DNA of 43,687 nt from Bacteroidaceae bacterium (lineage in GTDB: Bacteria > Bacteroidota > Bacteroidia > Bacteroidales > Bacteroidaceae), in the NCBI GenBank assembly GCA_017645845.1, contig JAGCNQ010000086.1, positions 1-43,687 of the forward strand, written 5' to 3'. This document shows positions 32,019 to 39,584 of the stretch, piece by piece. The first letter of the stretch is position 1. Every line of letters starts with the position of its first letter. The position numbers were made by a program, and so were the translations under genes. Under the pieces are notes generated by a model. The model saw only the letters and a program-made list of their open reading frames with translations. It was not told the DNA's origin and made no database searches.

Positions 32019-34054
32019 TTGTTTGGCGACAGTTTGCACGCAAGGGCTATAGTGCTTTTGCGAGCCTTCATAAGCAGATTTGTATCGGTATCCTTAGTGT
32101 TGCCACATTAAGTGTGGCGGCGAGAACCCCATCTGGCTCCCCCCTAGAGAGGAAGGAACATAAAGTCTCTTCTCTAAGGGGAGATTTTGAAGGGGATGGA
32201 GATATAGAAGAATCTTTGGCGGAGTTAACCGTGAGCGGCACGATGGCTCCGCTCTCGCAGTTGCAGGCAGCACGAATTGTCTGTGTGCTCACCCGTCAGG
32301 AAATAGAACAAGCGGCGGCGCAGAGTCTTAATGACATCTTGAAATTAGTTACCGGCGTGGATGTCCGGCAGCGCGGTGGCTTTGGTATTCAGACGGACAT
32401 CAGCATCGATGGCGGCACATTCGAACAGGTCACGATTCTGCTCAACGGCATCGACATCAGCAATCCCCAAATAGGACATCTTTCAGCAGACTTCCCCGTC
32501 AGCATCAGCGACATAGAACGCATTGAGGTGCTCGAAGGTGCAGCAAGTCGTGTGTATAGCGGACAGAGCTTCGGCGGGGCCATCAACATCATTACACGGC
32601 ACGACCGCGAGCAAAGCATCGAGTTTGAGGGCAGAGGCGGTTCCTTCGGTACTGCGGAGGGTGAGGCTCGCATCTCACTCACAACTAAACGTTTCAGTAA
32701 CCGCATCAGCGGAGGAGGTGGCAGAAGCGATGGCGGAACGCTCAACAGTTCCTGGCAAAAGGGACAGCTCTACTATCAGGGTGATTATGAAGATGATGCT
32801 TTGCGCCTCGACTGGCAGTTCGGTTTTTCGAAGAAGAGCTACGGGGCCAACACTTTTTACAGCGCCAACTATCCCGACCAATACGAGCGTAACCAACGCC
32901 TCATGACCAGCATCAGCGCAGAGACAAAGGGCAAATTTCACTTCACGCCTCAGGTCTTCTGGCAGCGCTCACACGATAACTTTGAGTTAGTTTGCGGCAC
33001 TTCTTTCGGTGAGAATTTCCACAGGACAGACGTTTATGGTCTCAAGGCTGGCGGATACGTCAACTGGTCTTTCGGCAAAACTGCCGTCTCTGCACTGCTT
33101 AGACACGAAGGCATCCTCAGCACCAATCTCGGCAAAGACACGCCTCCAGAAGGGAATTTGGGAGTCTATACCCGCAGCGACAACCGCACAACGGTTTCCT
33201 TTGGCCTCGAGCACAACATTCTCTTGAAGCGTTGGACGATTTCAGCCGGATTGATGGCAAGTATGACATCCAGCATCGACCATCTTTTTCGCTTCTATCC
33301 GGGCATCGATATCGCTTATCGTCCCGCATCAAACTGGAAAGTATTGCTCTCCTACAACAAAGGGTTCCGTTTGCCGTCTTTCACAGAGCTATATTATAAG
33401 AGCCCGACGCATGAAGGAAACCGAGACTTGAAACCCGAGCACAACCACTCCCTATCGCTCGGAACAGAGTACAGACGGTGTGGCATCGAGGGCAGCATCC
33501 GAGGCTTTTATCATCGTGGAACACAAATGATTGACTGGGTAATGTATTCGGCGGATGATATCTACCATACTGCGGCTTTTGACCTCGATAATGTGGGTGT
33601 TCAGGTTCATGGAAAAGTTTCACCTTCCGAGCTTCTCGGCCATGATACATGGGTATATTCTCTCTCTGCTGGCTATACCTTTATCCACCAGAACAAGCAC
33701 GATGCCGAGGGTGTCGTCAAGAGCAATGCCCAAATGGAGTATTTGCGGCACAAGTTTGTCGCAAGCCTGACGCACCGCATTATAAGCCGGCTCTTAATGA
33801 GTTGGAATTTCCGTTGGCAGGAACGGGTGGGCTGTTATCTGAGCGACGGAAAACTAGTCCCCTATCATCCTTATGCGATGCTGGATGCCAAGTTGCTATG
33901 GGAAGCAACGCGATACCAACTTTATGTCCAGGCAACCAACATCACCAATCACAGCTACTACGACCTCGCAGCAGTCCCCCAGCCCGGCATCTGGATAATG
34001 GCAGGCGCACGCCTAAAGATTTTCAAGAAATCACGAGCCACCCCATCCTTTTAA
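31988..34054 (+). CDS. TonB-dependent outer-membrane receptor with an in-frame repeat-element insertion after the signal region
   Basis: 688 aa. It has plug motifs (SLNDILKLVTGVDVRQRGGFGIQTDISIDGG, IERIEVLEGAASRVYS), beta-barrel repeats and a terminal aromatic region. The only in-frame start upstream of the conserved RKGYSAF..L.VATL leader is the ATG at 31988, which overlaps asnA by 31 nt. Confidence 0.8.
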   Translation: MQRSRNAVDLVVWRQFARKGYSAFASLHKQICIGILSVATLSVAARTPSGSPLERKEHKVSSLRGDFEGDGDIEESLAELTVSGTMAPLSQLQAARIVCVLTRQEIEQAAAQSLNDILKLVTGVDVRQRGGFGIQTDISIDGGTFEQVTILLNGIDISNPQIGHLSADFPVSISDIERIEVLEGAASRVYSGQSFGGAINIITRHDREQSIEFEGRGGSFGTAEGEARISLTTKRFSNRISGGGGRSDGGTLNSSWQKGQLYYQGDYEDDALRLDWQFGFSKKSYGANTFYSANYPDQYERNQRLMTSISAETKGKFHFTPQVFWQRSHDNFELVCGTSFGENFHRTDVYGLKAGGYVNWSFGKTAVSALLRHEGILSTNLGKDTPPEGNLGVYTRSDNRTTVSFGLEHNILLKRWTISAGLMASMTSSIDHLFRFYPGIDIAYRPASNWKVLLSYNKGFRLPSFTELYYKSPTHEGNRDLKPEHNHSLSLGTEYRRCGIEGSIRGFYHRGTQMIDWVMYSADDIYHTAAFDLDNVGVQVHGKVSPSELLGHDTWVYSLSAGYTFIHQNKHDAEGVVKSNAQMEYLRHKFVASLTHRIISRLLMSWNFRWQERVGCYLSDGKLVPYHPYAMLDAKLLWEATRYQLYVQATNITNHSYYDLAAVPQPGIWIMAGARLKIFKKSRATPSF
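32127..32195 (+). repeat. nested-hairpin palindromic element, copy F (69 bp) inside the TonB-dependent receptor gene
   Basis: Plus strand: ccccatctggctcccccctagagaggaaggaacataaagtctcttctctaaggggagattttgaagggg. It has the same architecture as copies A-C and the same orientation relative to the host gene. It is translated as PSGSPLERKEHKVSSLRGDFEG. Confidence 0.75.
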
Positions 34055-34117
34055 TTCCATTATCTTCGTCGGGCAAGCCTTGACGCATTACCGCACTTCA
34101 GGCAGTCGGGATTGTCA

Positions 34118-34849
34118 TTAGGAGTCATCTCCGCCATAAAACACCTTGTTATCGCCATCGGTAGAGAAAGAATTTGTAATGTAAGCCTCATTACCGTTCT
34201 GGTCGTATTCGGCCTTAATCTCCACTCCCTCTCCAATTGTTCCGTTCACGCGAAGCCATGTCCCCTTATTCAAATAGGCATAACCGTCATTCATATTACC
34301 TTTAACGATAAGCGTGGTACCGCCGTCTGTGAGTTGAACACCTCCGCTAACGTCCCCATTCACGGTAAGAGTTCCGCAGTACTCTATAAAAGTCGGCCTA
34401 TTATGTCCTGCCTGCAATGCAATTTTACCTGGATTGTTGATTGTGGCCACGCTGGTATAATCAACCCATATTCTCGGAACCCTTGGTTTTCTCCATGAAA
34501 CACGATTAACGATACTTTGCAAATCCACACACCCATTAATAACGGTGCCATCCTCAATCCTCAATCCGATATCTCCTCTGCCTATTATATCACCATAGAC
34601 AATACCGCTGACAGTATAGACTCCGCCATCTTCCAGTATGTAGTTACCCTGTTCGTTCTTGAATACATGTGTTTTAGGATTGACATCAGTCCGAATGATA
34701 TCCTCCTTTGTCATCTTCACAGTTGTCTCATTGTAGCTCTCAGGCTCCAATCCGGTTGCAAGAATCGCTCCACATACCAGAAGCAAGTTTGCTACAGAAA
34801 AGACACTTTTATATCCTTCTGCTAGAGAAATGTCAAATCGTAAATTCAT
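34118..34849 (-). CDS. hypothetical lipoprotein with beta-helix-like G/D/N-rich repeats
   Basis: 243 aa. A lipobox-like LLLVCG is present, along with repetitive VNG..GG / GDI.G segments. No family was recognised. Confidence 0.5.
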   Translation of the reverse strand: MNLRFDISLAEGYKSVFSVANLLLVCGAILATGLEPESYNETTVKMTKEDIIRTDVNPKTHVFKNEQGNYILEDGGVYTVSGIVYGDIIGRGDIGLRIEDGTVINGCVDLQSIVNRVSWRKPRVPRIWVDYTSVATINNPGKIALQAGHNRPTFIEYCGTLTVNGDVSGGVQLTDGGTTLIVKGNMNDGYAYLNKGTWLRVNGTIGEGVEIKAEYDQNGNEAYITNSFSTDGDNKVFYGGDDS

Positions 34850-34863
34850 AACTGCTTATTTGT

Positions 34864-35088
34864 TCAGACCTGCTTGTGATTTAATTCCCTCGAATTCGAG
34901 GGGTTTAAATTGACATTATGAAGAGTCTCCCACAAACCAAGATACTCAATGGTATTACGATTGCGCAGCCAATTGGAGAAGAAGAACTCACCATCTTTAG
35001 CTTTCAGCATATCCGTAAGGCTAATATAGTCATCTTCATTCTGCTTAATGACCGTTATCTCCGTATTTTGTACAGTTATCTTTGCCAT
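34864..35088 (-). pseudogene. KilA-N domain gene remnant (N-terminal about 74 codons only)
   Basis: MAKITVQNTEITVIKQNEDDYISLTDMLKAKDGEFFFSNWLRNRNTIEYLGLWETLHN matches the N-terminal half of KilA-N proteins as I recall them. The frame then decays. A -1 frame reads FKPLEFEGIKSQAGLNK*, and the expected C-terminal part of roughly 150-200 aa is missing. Confidence 0.5.
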
Positions 35089-35244
35089 ATCTATACGCCT
35101 ATTATACAAACTTTGCGGTGTAAAGTTACTGATTTTTCATCAAAATAGAGCAGGAATGACAGACTTTAACATGCCATGATGCACATTTCGCTTCCATACG
35201 AGCAAAATCAACATTTTTCTGTAAGATAAATTGGAATTTACATA

Positions 35245-36069
35245 TTACATATCACTCAGCTTACGTCGTGCAAATTCAAGACTTCCATTGAATATAACGT
35301 TTTTATCCTTGTCGAGAATCAACACCCTGGGGTACTGCCGAATGTCACATTTCTTCAAAATAGGGCTTTTGGCATCGATGGTATAGACAGGAATGTCACA
35401 TCCTAACTCCTTCATGATGCGTTGACCATCAACGGCAGTTTCACCATCAATCAATGTTACAAACAGGGAGACCACTTCCACCTTGCCTGTCTTTTTGTAT
35501 TCATTCCGCAATTCTTCTACATGTGGCATTTCACGTAAACACACACCACAGCGACTGTACCAGACGTCAAGCACAAGAAATTCGGATTTTATCGTTGAGA
35601 GGCTTAAAGTATGTTCGCCATCTGTCACTTCGCAATCAGCGAGGCTGACTGTTCCAACGGGTTTGTCACTATACTGCACCCATTCTACCCATTGTTTGTG
35701 GCCTTCAGTCACTCCATAGAGCCATAGAACGGCGCAAAGCAAGAGTAGCAGCACATTCCGCCGACGGTAGAATAAGGCCATAGTGACAACTGCCCATAAC
35801 GGCATAATGGTAACGGAAAGTGAAAAAAGATTTTCACCTATTATCAGGCGCGCCACCAACTCAAACAACCATGGGGCGAGTAGTGGGAGCATCACTTTCC
35901 AGAACTCAGTTTTATGGGCAAATTTAGCGAGTGCCCACCATGTCAGGATGGCGAAAACAACACTATGAGCAACACTTGCCCATTGGAAGTTCACACCTCT
36001 TAAAGGCATGATTAAGGCGTATAGGAGCAGAGCAATAATCCAAAGCAGAAGATAGATTTTCTTTTTCAT
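35245..36069 (-). CDS. membrane-anchored TlpA/ResA-like thiol:disulfide oxidoreductase (thioredoxin fold, CGVC)
   Basis: 274 aa. About four N-terminal TM helices are followed by LVLDVWYSRCGVCLREMPHVEELRNEYKK, a CxxC redoxin motif in TlpA-like context. Confidence 0.7.
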   Translation of the reverse strand: MKKKIYLLLWIIALLLYALIMPLRGVNFQWASVAHSVVFAILTWWALAKFAHKTEFWKVMLPLLAPWLFELVARLIIGENLFSLSVTIMPLWAVVTMALFYRRRNVLLLLLCAVLWLYGVTEGHKQWVEWVQYSDKPVGTVSLADCEVTDGEHTLSLSTIKSEFLVLDVWYSRCGVCLREMPHVEELRNEYKKTGKVEVVSLFVTLIDGETAVDGQRIMKELGCDIPVYTIDAKSPILKKCDIRQYPRVLILDKDKNVIFNGSLEFARRKLSDM

Positions 36070-36092
36070 ATAAATTCTGATTTACCTGTCTG

Positions 36093-36100
36093 CAAATTTA
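36093..36100 (-). promoter_or_regulatory. -7 promoter box (TAAATTTG on minus strand) for the TlpA-like gene
   Basis: caaattta in ctgtctgcaaatttacgg, 24 nt upstream of the ATG at 36069. Confidence 0.5.
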
Positions 36101-36610
36101 CGGTTTTGTTCCCACTTTACAAAATAATTCCATTATTTTCTTCTCAGAAAAAGATACCCCAGAAACCAGGAAAATTATAGTTGCGGATTTTACAATCTGT
36201 TTTCCATTTTGACAAATGGCCAAATGACCACGCTATTTTCCTAAAATTGAAAGTAGGGGTGTCAACAGTAATGACGCCCCTCGTTGTGGTTTGATGATGT
36301 TTCTTGTTTTGGTGTTTTACGAAGGCATCATTCTGGTGACAAAATCGAGTCTTGAAGACCTCTGTTTCCAGCAACTAAAATTCTTTGAATTTTAATTTCT
36401 CGTTTTAAGCCGTTCTGAGCGCGTTTCTCAGGTCGGGGTGATGCAATATACCCCGAAGGGGTTTGAAGCGATTCTGGGGCAAATTAGAGGGGAAAGTCGG
36501 GGCGTCCGTGAAAAGTTTGTTGCCGCGAGGCTGCCGAGGAACTTCTCCTGGTAGGAGGCCTTGTAAAGGAGGACATGTGAAAATGTAAAAAAAAAGAAAA
36601 AGTGAGAAAT

Positions 36611-36761
36611 GTATCAGTTGTATCAGTGTATCAGTTTGAAAAAAGATGGTCTATACTTCTTTATAATATTATATATATTATTAATATATAGATAGTTATA
36701 TATATAATAAGAGGAGAATGAGACCTCAAAAAACAAACTGATACAACTGATACACTGATAC
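36611..36761. repeat. 151-bp composite palindrome: inverted triple GTATCAG heptamers flanking an AT-rich core
   Basis: Left arm: gtatcagttgtatcagtgtatcagtttg (36611-36638). Right arm: caaactgatacaactgatacactgatac (36734-36761). These are reverse complements except for a swapped T/TT spacer. Inner inverted GAKGGTCT/AGACCTC boxes flank a 68-nt core with very high AT content by eye (36653-36720). Confidence 0.8.
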
Positions 36762-37002
36762 AAAACCAAATTCATTTCTTTATAAATAGCAGAAAATCAA
36801 TAAAATACGACGTAACTAAACATACAGTACCTAAGATGCCAAAGCTCGAAAAAGGGACAAAATGCATCAAAATCCTGCTCTTTTAGGCCTCAAAAGACGT
36901 ACGTGAACCCCTTGTTCCGATGTTTTTCCCTATATTTGGCGCACACATCAGCAATTATAAATTTCAATCTCAAGGCCTCATTTGAAGGTTTTTTGTAGCA
37001 AT

Positions 37003-37112
37003 ATAGCCGTTTTATTCATAGAATAGGCCGTTTTACTCACAGAAAAAGGCGTTTTCACTCACAGAAAAAGGACGTTTCACATAACAAGAAACGAGACTTC
37101 ACACACACTTGT
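37003..37112 (+). repeat. five tandem direct repeats with exact 22-bp period (iteron-like)
   Basis: The five units are atagccgttttattcatagaat / aggccgttttactcacagaaaa / aggcgttttcactcacagaaaa / aggacgtttcacataacaagaa / acgagacttcacacacactt. Units 2 and 3 are nearly identical (2 substitutions plus a 1-nt indel compensated within the unit), and similarity decays outward. Confidence 0.75.
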
Positions 37113-37165
37113 GTTTGCAGGTTCGAGGAACGGACACATGCAGACGCCCGGAACTCGCACGTGCA

Positions 37166-37205
37166 GGGTCGGGACCCCCTCCCGACCCTCCCCGAGGGGA
37201 GGAGA
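37166..37205 (+). repeat. solo 5' arm of the palindromic element family plus adjacent 9-bp hairpin (intergenic)
   Basis: GGGTCGGGA-ccccc-TCCCGACCC is followed by CTCCCCGAGGGGAGGAGAAAGG. Compare the gene-sense 5' arm of copy B: CCCCCCTCCAACTCCCCCGAGGGAGAGAAAA. Confidence 0.55.
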
Positions 37206-37291
37206 AAGGTCTCTTAAAACCTTGACCTTTTCCGCGACTATTGCTCAGCGGACCAAATCTATCTCCTCGGCGGAGAAGTTGAAACTGGACA

Positions 37292-37331
37292 ATTAGAAGA
37301 TTAGAAAATTAGAACAATTATGAATTAGAAA
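37292..37331. repeat. tandem 8-mer word array (ATTAGAAG ATTAGAAA ATTAGAAC AATTATGA ATTAGAAA)
   Basis: Read directly from the sequence, upstream of the fasciclin lipoprotein gene. Confidence 0.7.
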
Positions 37332-37446
37332 AAAGTAAGAAAAGGGATATGATAATTATTCAGCACTTTTTTGGCCAAAAATTTGCGAATTATTATACTT
37401 TTTTGTTACTTTGCAGAGAAATTCAAACATTATAGCACCAATTATC

Positions 37447-39552
37447 GTGAGAAAGCTACTATTCTGCCTGATTGCTGCAACCATCCTGCTGCTCGGTTGC
37501 AAAGAAGATATCGACACCTCTGCCCGCTATGTCTTCAAGGATGAAACGGTATTGAGCTACCTGCAGAAGCACGAGGTCTATTCCGAATACGTCAGACTGC
37601 TTCAACTGGTGCCCATCAGCTATCGCAGCAAGAGCACTGTCTATCAGCTCCTCAGTGCCCGCGGACACTTCACCTGCTTTGCACCCACCAACGAGGCTAT
37701 TGCCGAATACCTGCAGGACCAGGTGGAAGCCGGCTTCATCGAAGAACCATCGTGGGACAGCTTCACGAGCGACAAACTGCGCGACAGCATCATGCGCGTC
37801 ATCGTCTATAACAGCATCATCGACGGAGGCGACGAGGAAATCTATGAGACGATGAGTTTCCCCCAGAAAAACAATGACGAGTTCGGCCGGCCCAACATGA
37901 ACGACATCAAGCTCAGCGTCTATCGCCCCAAAGACCCGGACAGCATCTACATCAACCGCATCTATCCCATCAATGTGCGCAACCGCGACATCCCCGCCAT
38001 CAACGGCGTTATCCACCAGATGGAAAAGGTCATTGCTCCGCGGGATATAACGCTGAACAGCATCCTGAAAGAACAGCTCGAGGGCTATGCAGACGGCTAT
38101 GTGGTGATGGCCCGCATCATTCAGGCTTGCGGTCTGATGGACACGCTCAGCAAGATAAGGGACGAGGTCTATGAAACGCTCTACCAGACAGGCATGATAG
38201 AGGAGAAGACGCCCGCCCGCGGACTTGCCACAATGGATGGCGGATACTCCTACGCCCCTGAACACAGAAAATACGGCTTTACCATCTTCGCCGAGCCGGA
38301 CGAATTCTGGCAAAAAGCCATAGGAAAGCCTGCCGATGAGATTACACCGGAGGATGTGCAGGACTGGGTGGATGCTCGCGGATACTACCCCGAAGCCACG
38401 ACAGGAACGGACTTCAAGAACCCCGCGAACATGCTCTATCAGTGGACCACCTACCACGTCTTGCCCTTCAAACTATCGCCAGAACGACTCGTATTCCACT
38501 ACAACGAGAAGGGCTACGACTATGTGGGCTCACCCTACAAACTCTCCATTCCCGTGATGGAATACTATGTGACGATGGGACAGCGGCGACTGCTCAAAAT
38601 CTTTGAGAGCCTGGAGTCGAACGGTGTCTATCTCAACCGCTTCCCCACCCTAGACAACGGCCGGCACGGAACGGGGCACGAGACGGGCTGCGACCCTGCA
38701 AAAGTCGGAGCAAGGGTGATGAGCGAAGACGAAGACCTGGACAAACGTACAGCCCTCAACGGCTATATGTACAGGATAGATGCACCCATAGCCTATAGCG
38801 AAGAGACGCGCAACAACCTGGCCCGCACCCGCATCCGAATGGACTGCATGAGTTTCTTCCCCGAAGTGATGAACAACGACATTCGCCGTGTTCCCCTCAC
38901 CGATGCGCGCCATCAATGGGTACATTTCCCCGACGATGCAGAATACAAGTACATCGGCAACCTGAGCATCAACGAAGGCTCCACATTTGTGTACTATAAT
39001 GCATATAACTACAAGTTCGGAAGTCTCTGCGGCGACGAAGTGAAGTGCGTAGGGCGATGGGAGCTTATGTTCACCCTGCCGCCTGTCCCCAAACGCGGCA
39101 CATACGAAGTGCGATACCGCATCCTCACAAACAGCGACCGAGGAGTGGCACAATTCTATTTCGGTGACAAGCCTGGCAGCATGCCGGCAGCAGGCATCCC
39201 AGTCAACCTTACCCTGGGTGGAGCAGACCCCATAACAGGTTGGATTGGAGACACAGGAACAGACGACGATGCTGACGCAGAAGCCGACAAACAGATGCGC
39301 AACAACGGCTTCATGAAAGGCGAGGAGAGTATCCTCATCCTCAAAAACCCAGGCACTACGGCCCGGGCCAATGTTAACCGCAACATCGTTCGACGCATCG
39401 TCACCCGACAGACACTCGACCCGGACAAGACCTACTACCTGAAGATTAAGTCCGTGCTTGATACCGAGACAGCCGAGTTCTATATGGACCACATTGAATA
39501 CTGTCCAAAGGAAATCTTCGACAACCCGATGCATCCGGAGGATATCTGGTAG
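37447..39552 (+). CDS. fasciclin (FAS1) domain lipoprotein with large C-terminal beta-rich domain
   Basis: The GTG at 37447 gives MRKLLFCLIAATILLLGCKED, a lipobox. The track's 37411 start is a TTG inside a promoter-like TTACTTTGCAG. FTCFAPTNEAIAEYL and INGVIHQMEKVIAP are FAS1 H1/H2-like motifs. Confidence 0.7.
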   Translation: MRKLLFCLIAATILLLGCKEDIDTSARYVFKDETVLSYLQKHEVYSEYVRLLQLVPISYRSKSTVYQLLSARGHFTCFAPTNEAIAEYLQDQVEAGFIEEPSWDSFTSDKLRDSIMRVIVYNSIIDGGDEEIYETMSFPQKNNDEFGRPNMNDIKLSVYRPKDPDSIYINRIYPINVRNRDIPAINGVIHQMEKVIAPRDITLNSILKEQLEGYADGYVVMARIIQACGLMDTLSKIRDEVYETLYQTGMIEEKTPARGLATMDGGYSYAPEHRKYGFTIFAEPDEFWQKAIGKPADEITPEDVQDWVDARGYYPEATTGTDFKNPANMLYQWTTYHVLPFKLSPERLVFHYNEKGYDYVGSPYKLSIPVMEYYVTMGQRRLLKIFESLESNGVYLNRFPTLDNGRHGTGHETGCDPAKVGARVMSEDEDLDKRTALNGYMYRIDAPIAYSEETRNNLARTRIRMDCMSFFPEVMNNDIRRVPLTDARHQWVHFPDDAEYKYIGNLSINEGSTFVYYNAYNYKFGSLCGDEVKCVGRWELMFTLPPVPKRGTYEVRYRILTNSDRGVAQFYFGDKPGSMPAAGIPVNLTLGGADPITGWIGDTGTDDDADAEADKQMRNNGFMKGEESILILKNPGTTARANVNRNIVRRIVTRQTLDPDKTYYLKIKSVLDTETAEFYMDHIEYCPKEIFDNPMHPEDIW

Positions 39553-39584
39553 GAACAATAGACAATAAACGATACACTAGACTG

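Noticed and set aside
36144-36374. 76-aa minus-strand ORF in the large noncoding region.
   Set aside because: It has no promoter box, odd composition (H/K/T/F-rich) and no codon bias like the neighbouring genes. It overlaps the orphan hairpin and is treated as noncoding.
37003-37112. Possible CRISPR array (the 22-bp repeats), and likewise the 7-8 nt word arrays.
   Set aside because: The repeats are contiguous with no unique spacers, the units are too short or degenerate outward, and no cas genes are in the window.
37111-37296. 61-aa plus-strand ORF.
   Set aside because: It is built largely from the palindromic element arm (…PSRPSPRGGERS…) and low-complexity sequence. It has no start context and was rejected as a chance ORF.
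37396-37413. Promoter for the fasciclin gene (TTTG at 37382-37385, then TTACTTTG).
   Set aside because: The -7-like box is one nucleotide short of TAnnTTTG (it reads TAcTTTG). It is plausible but not an exact match, so it was used only as supporting evidence for moving the start to the GTG at 37447.
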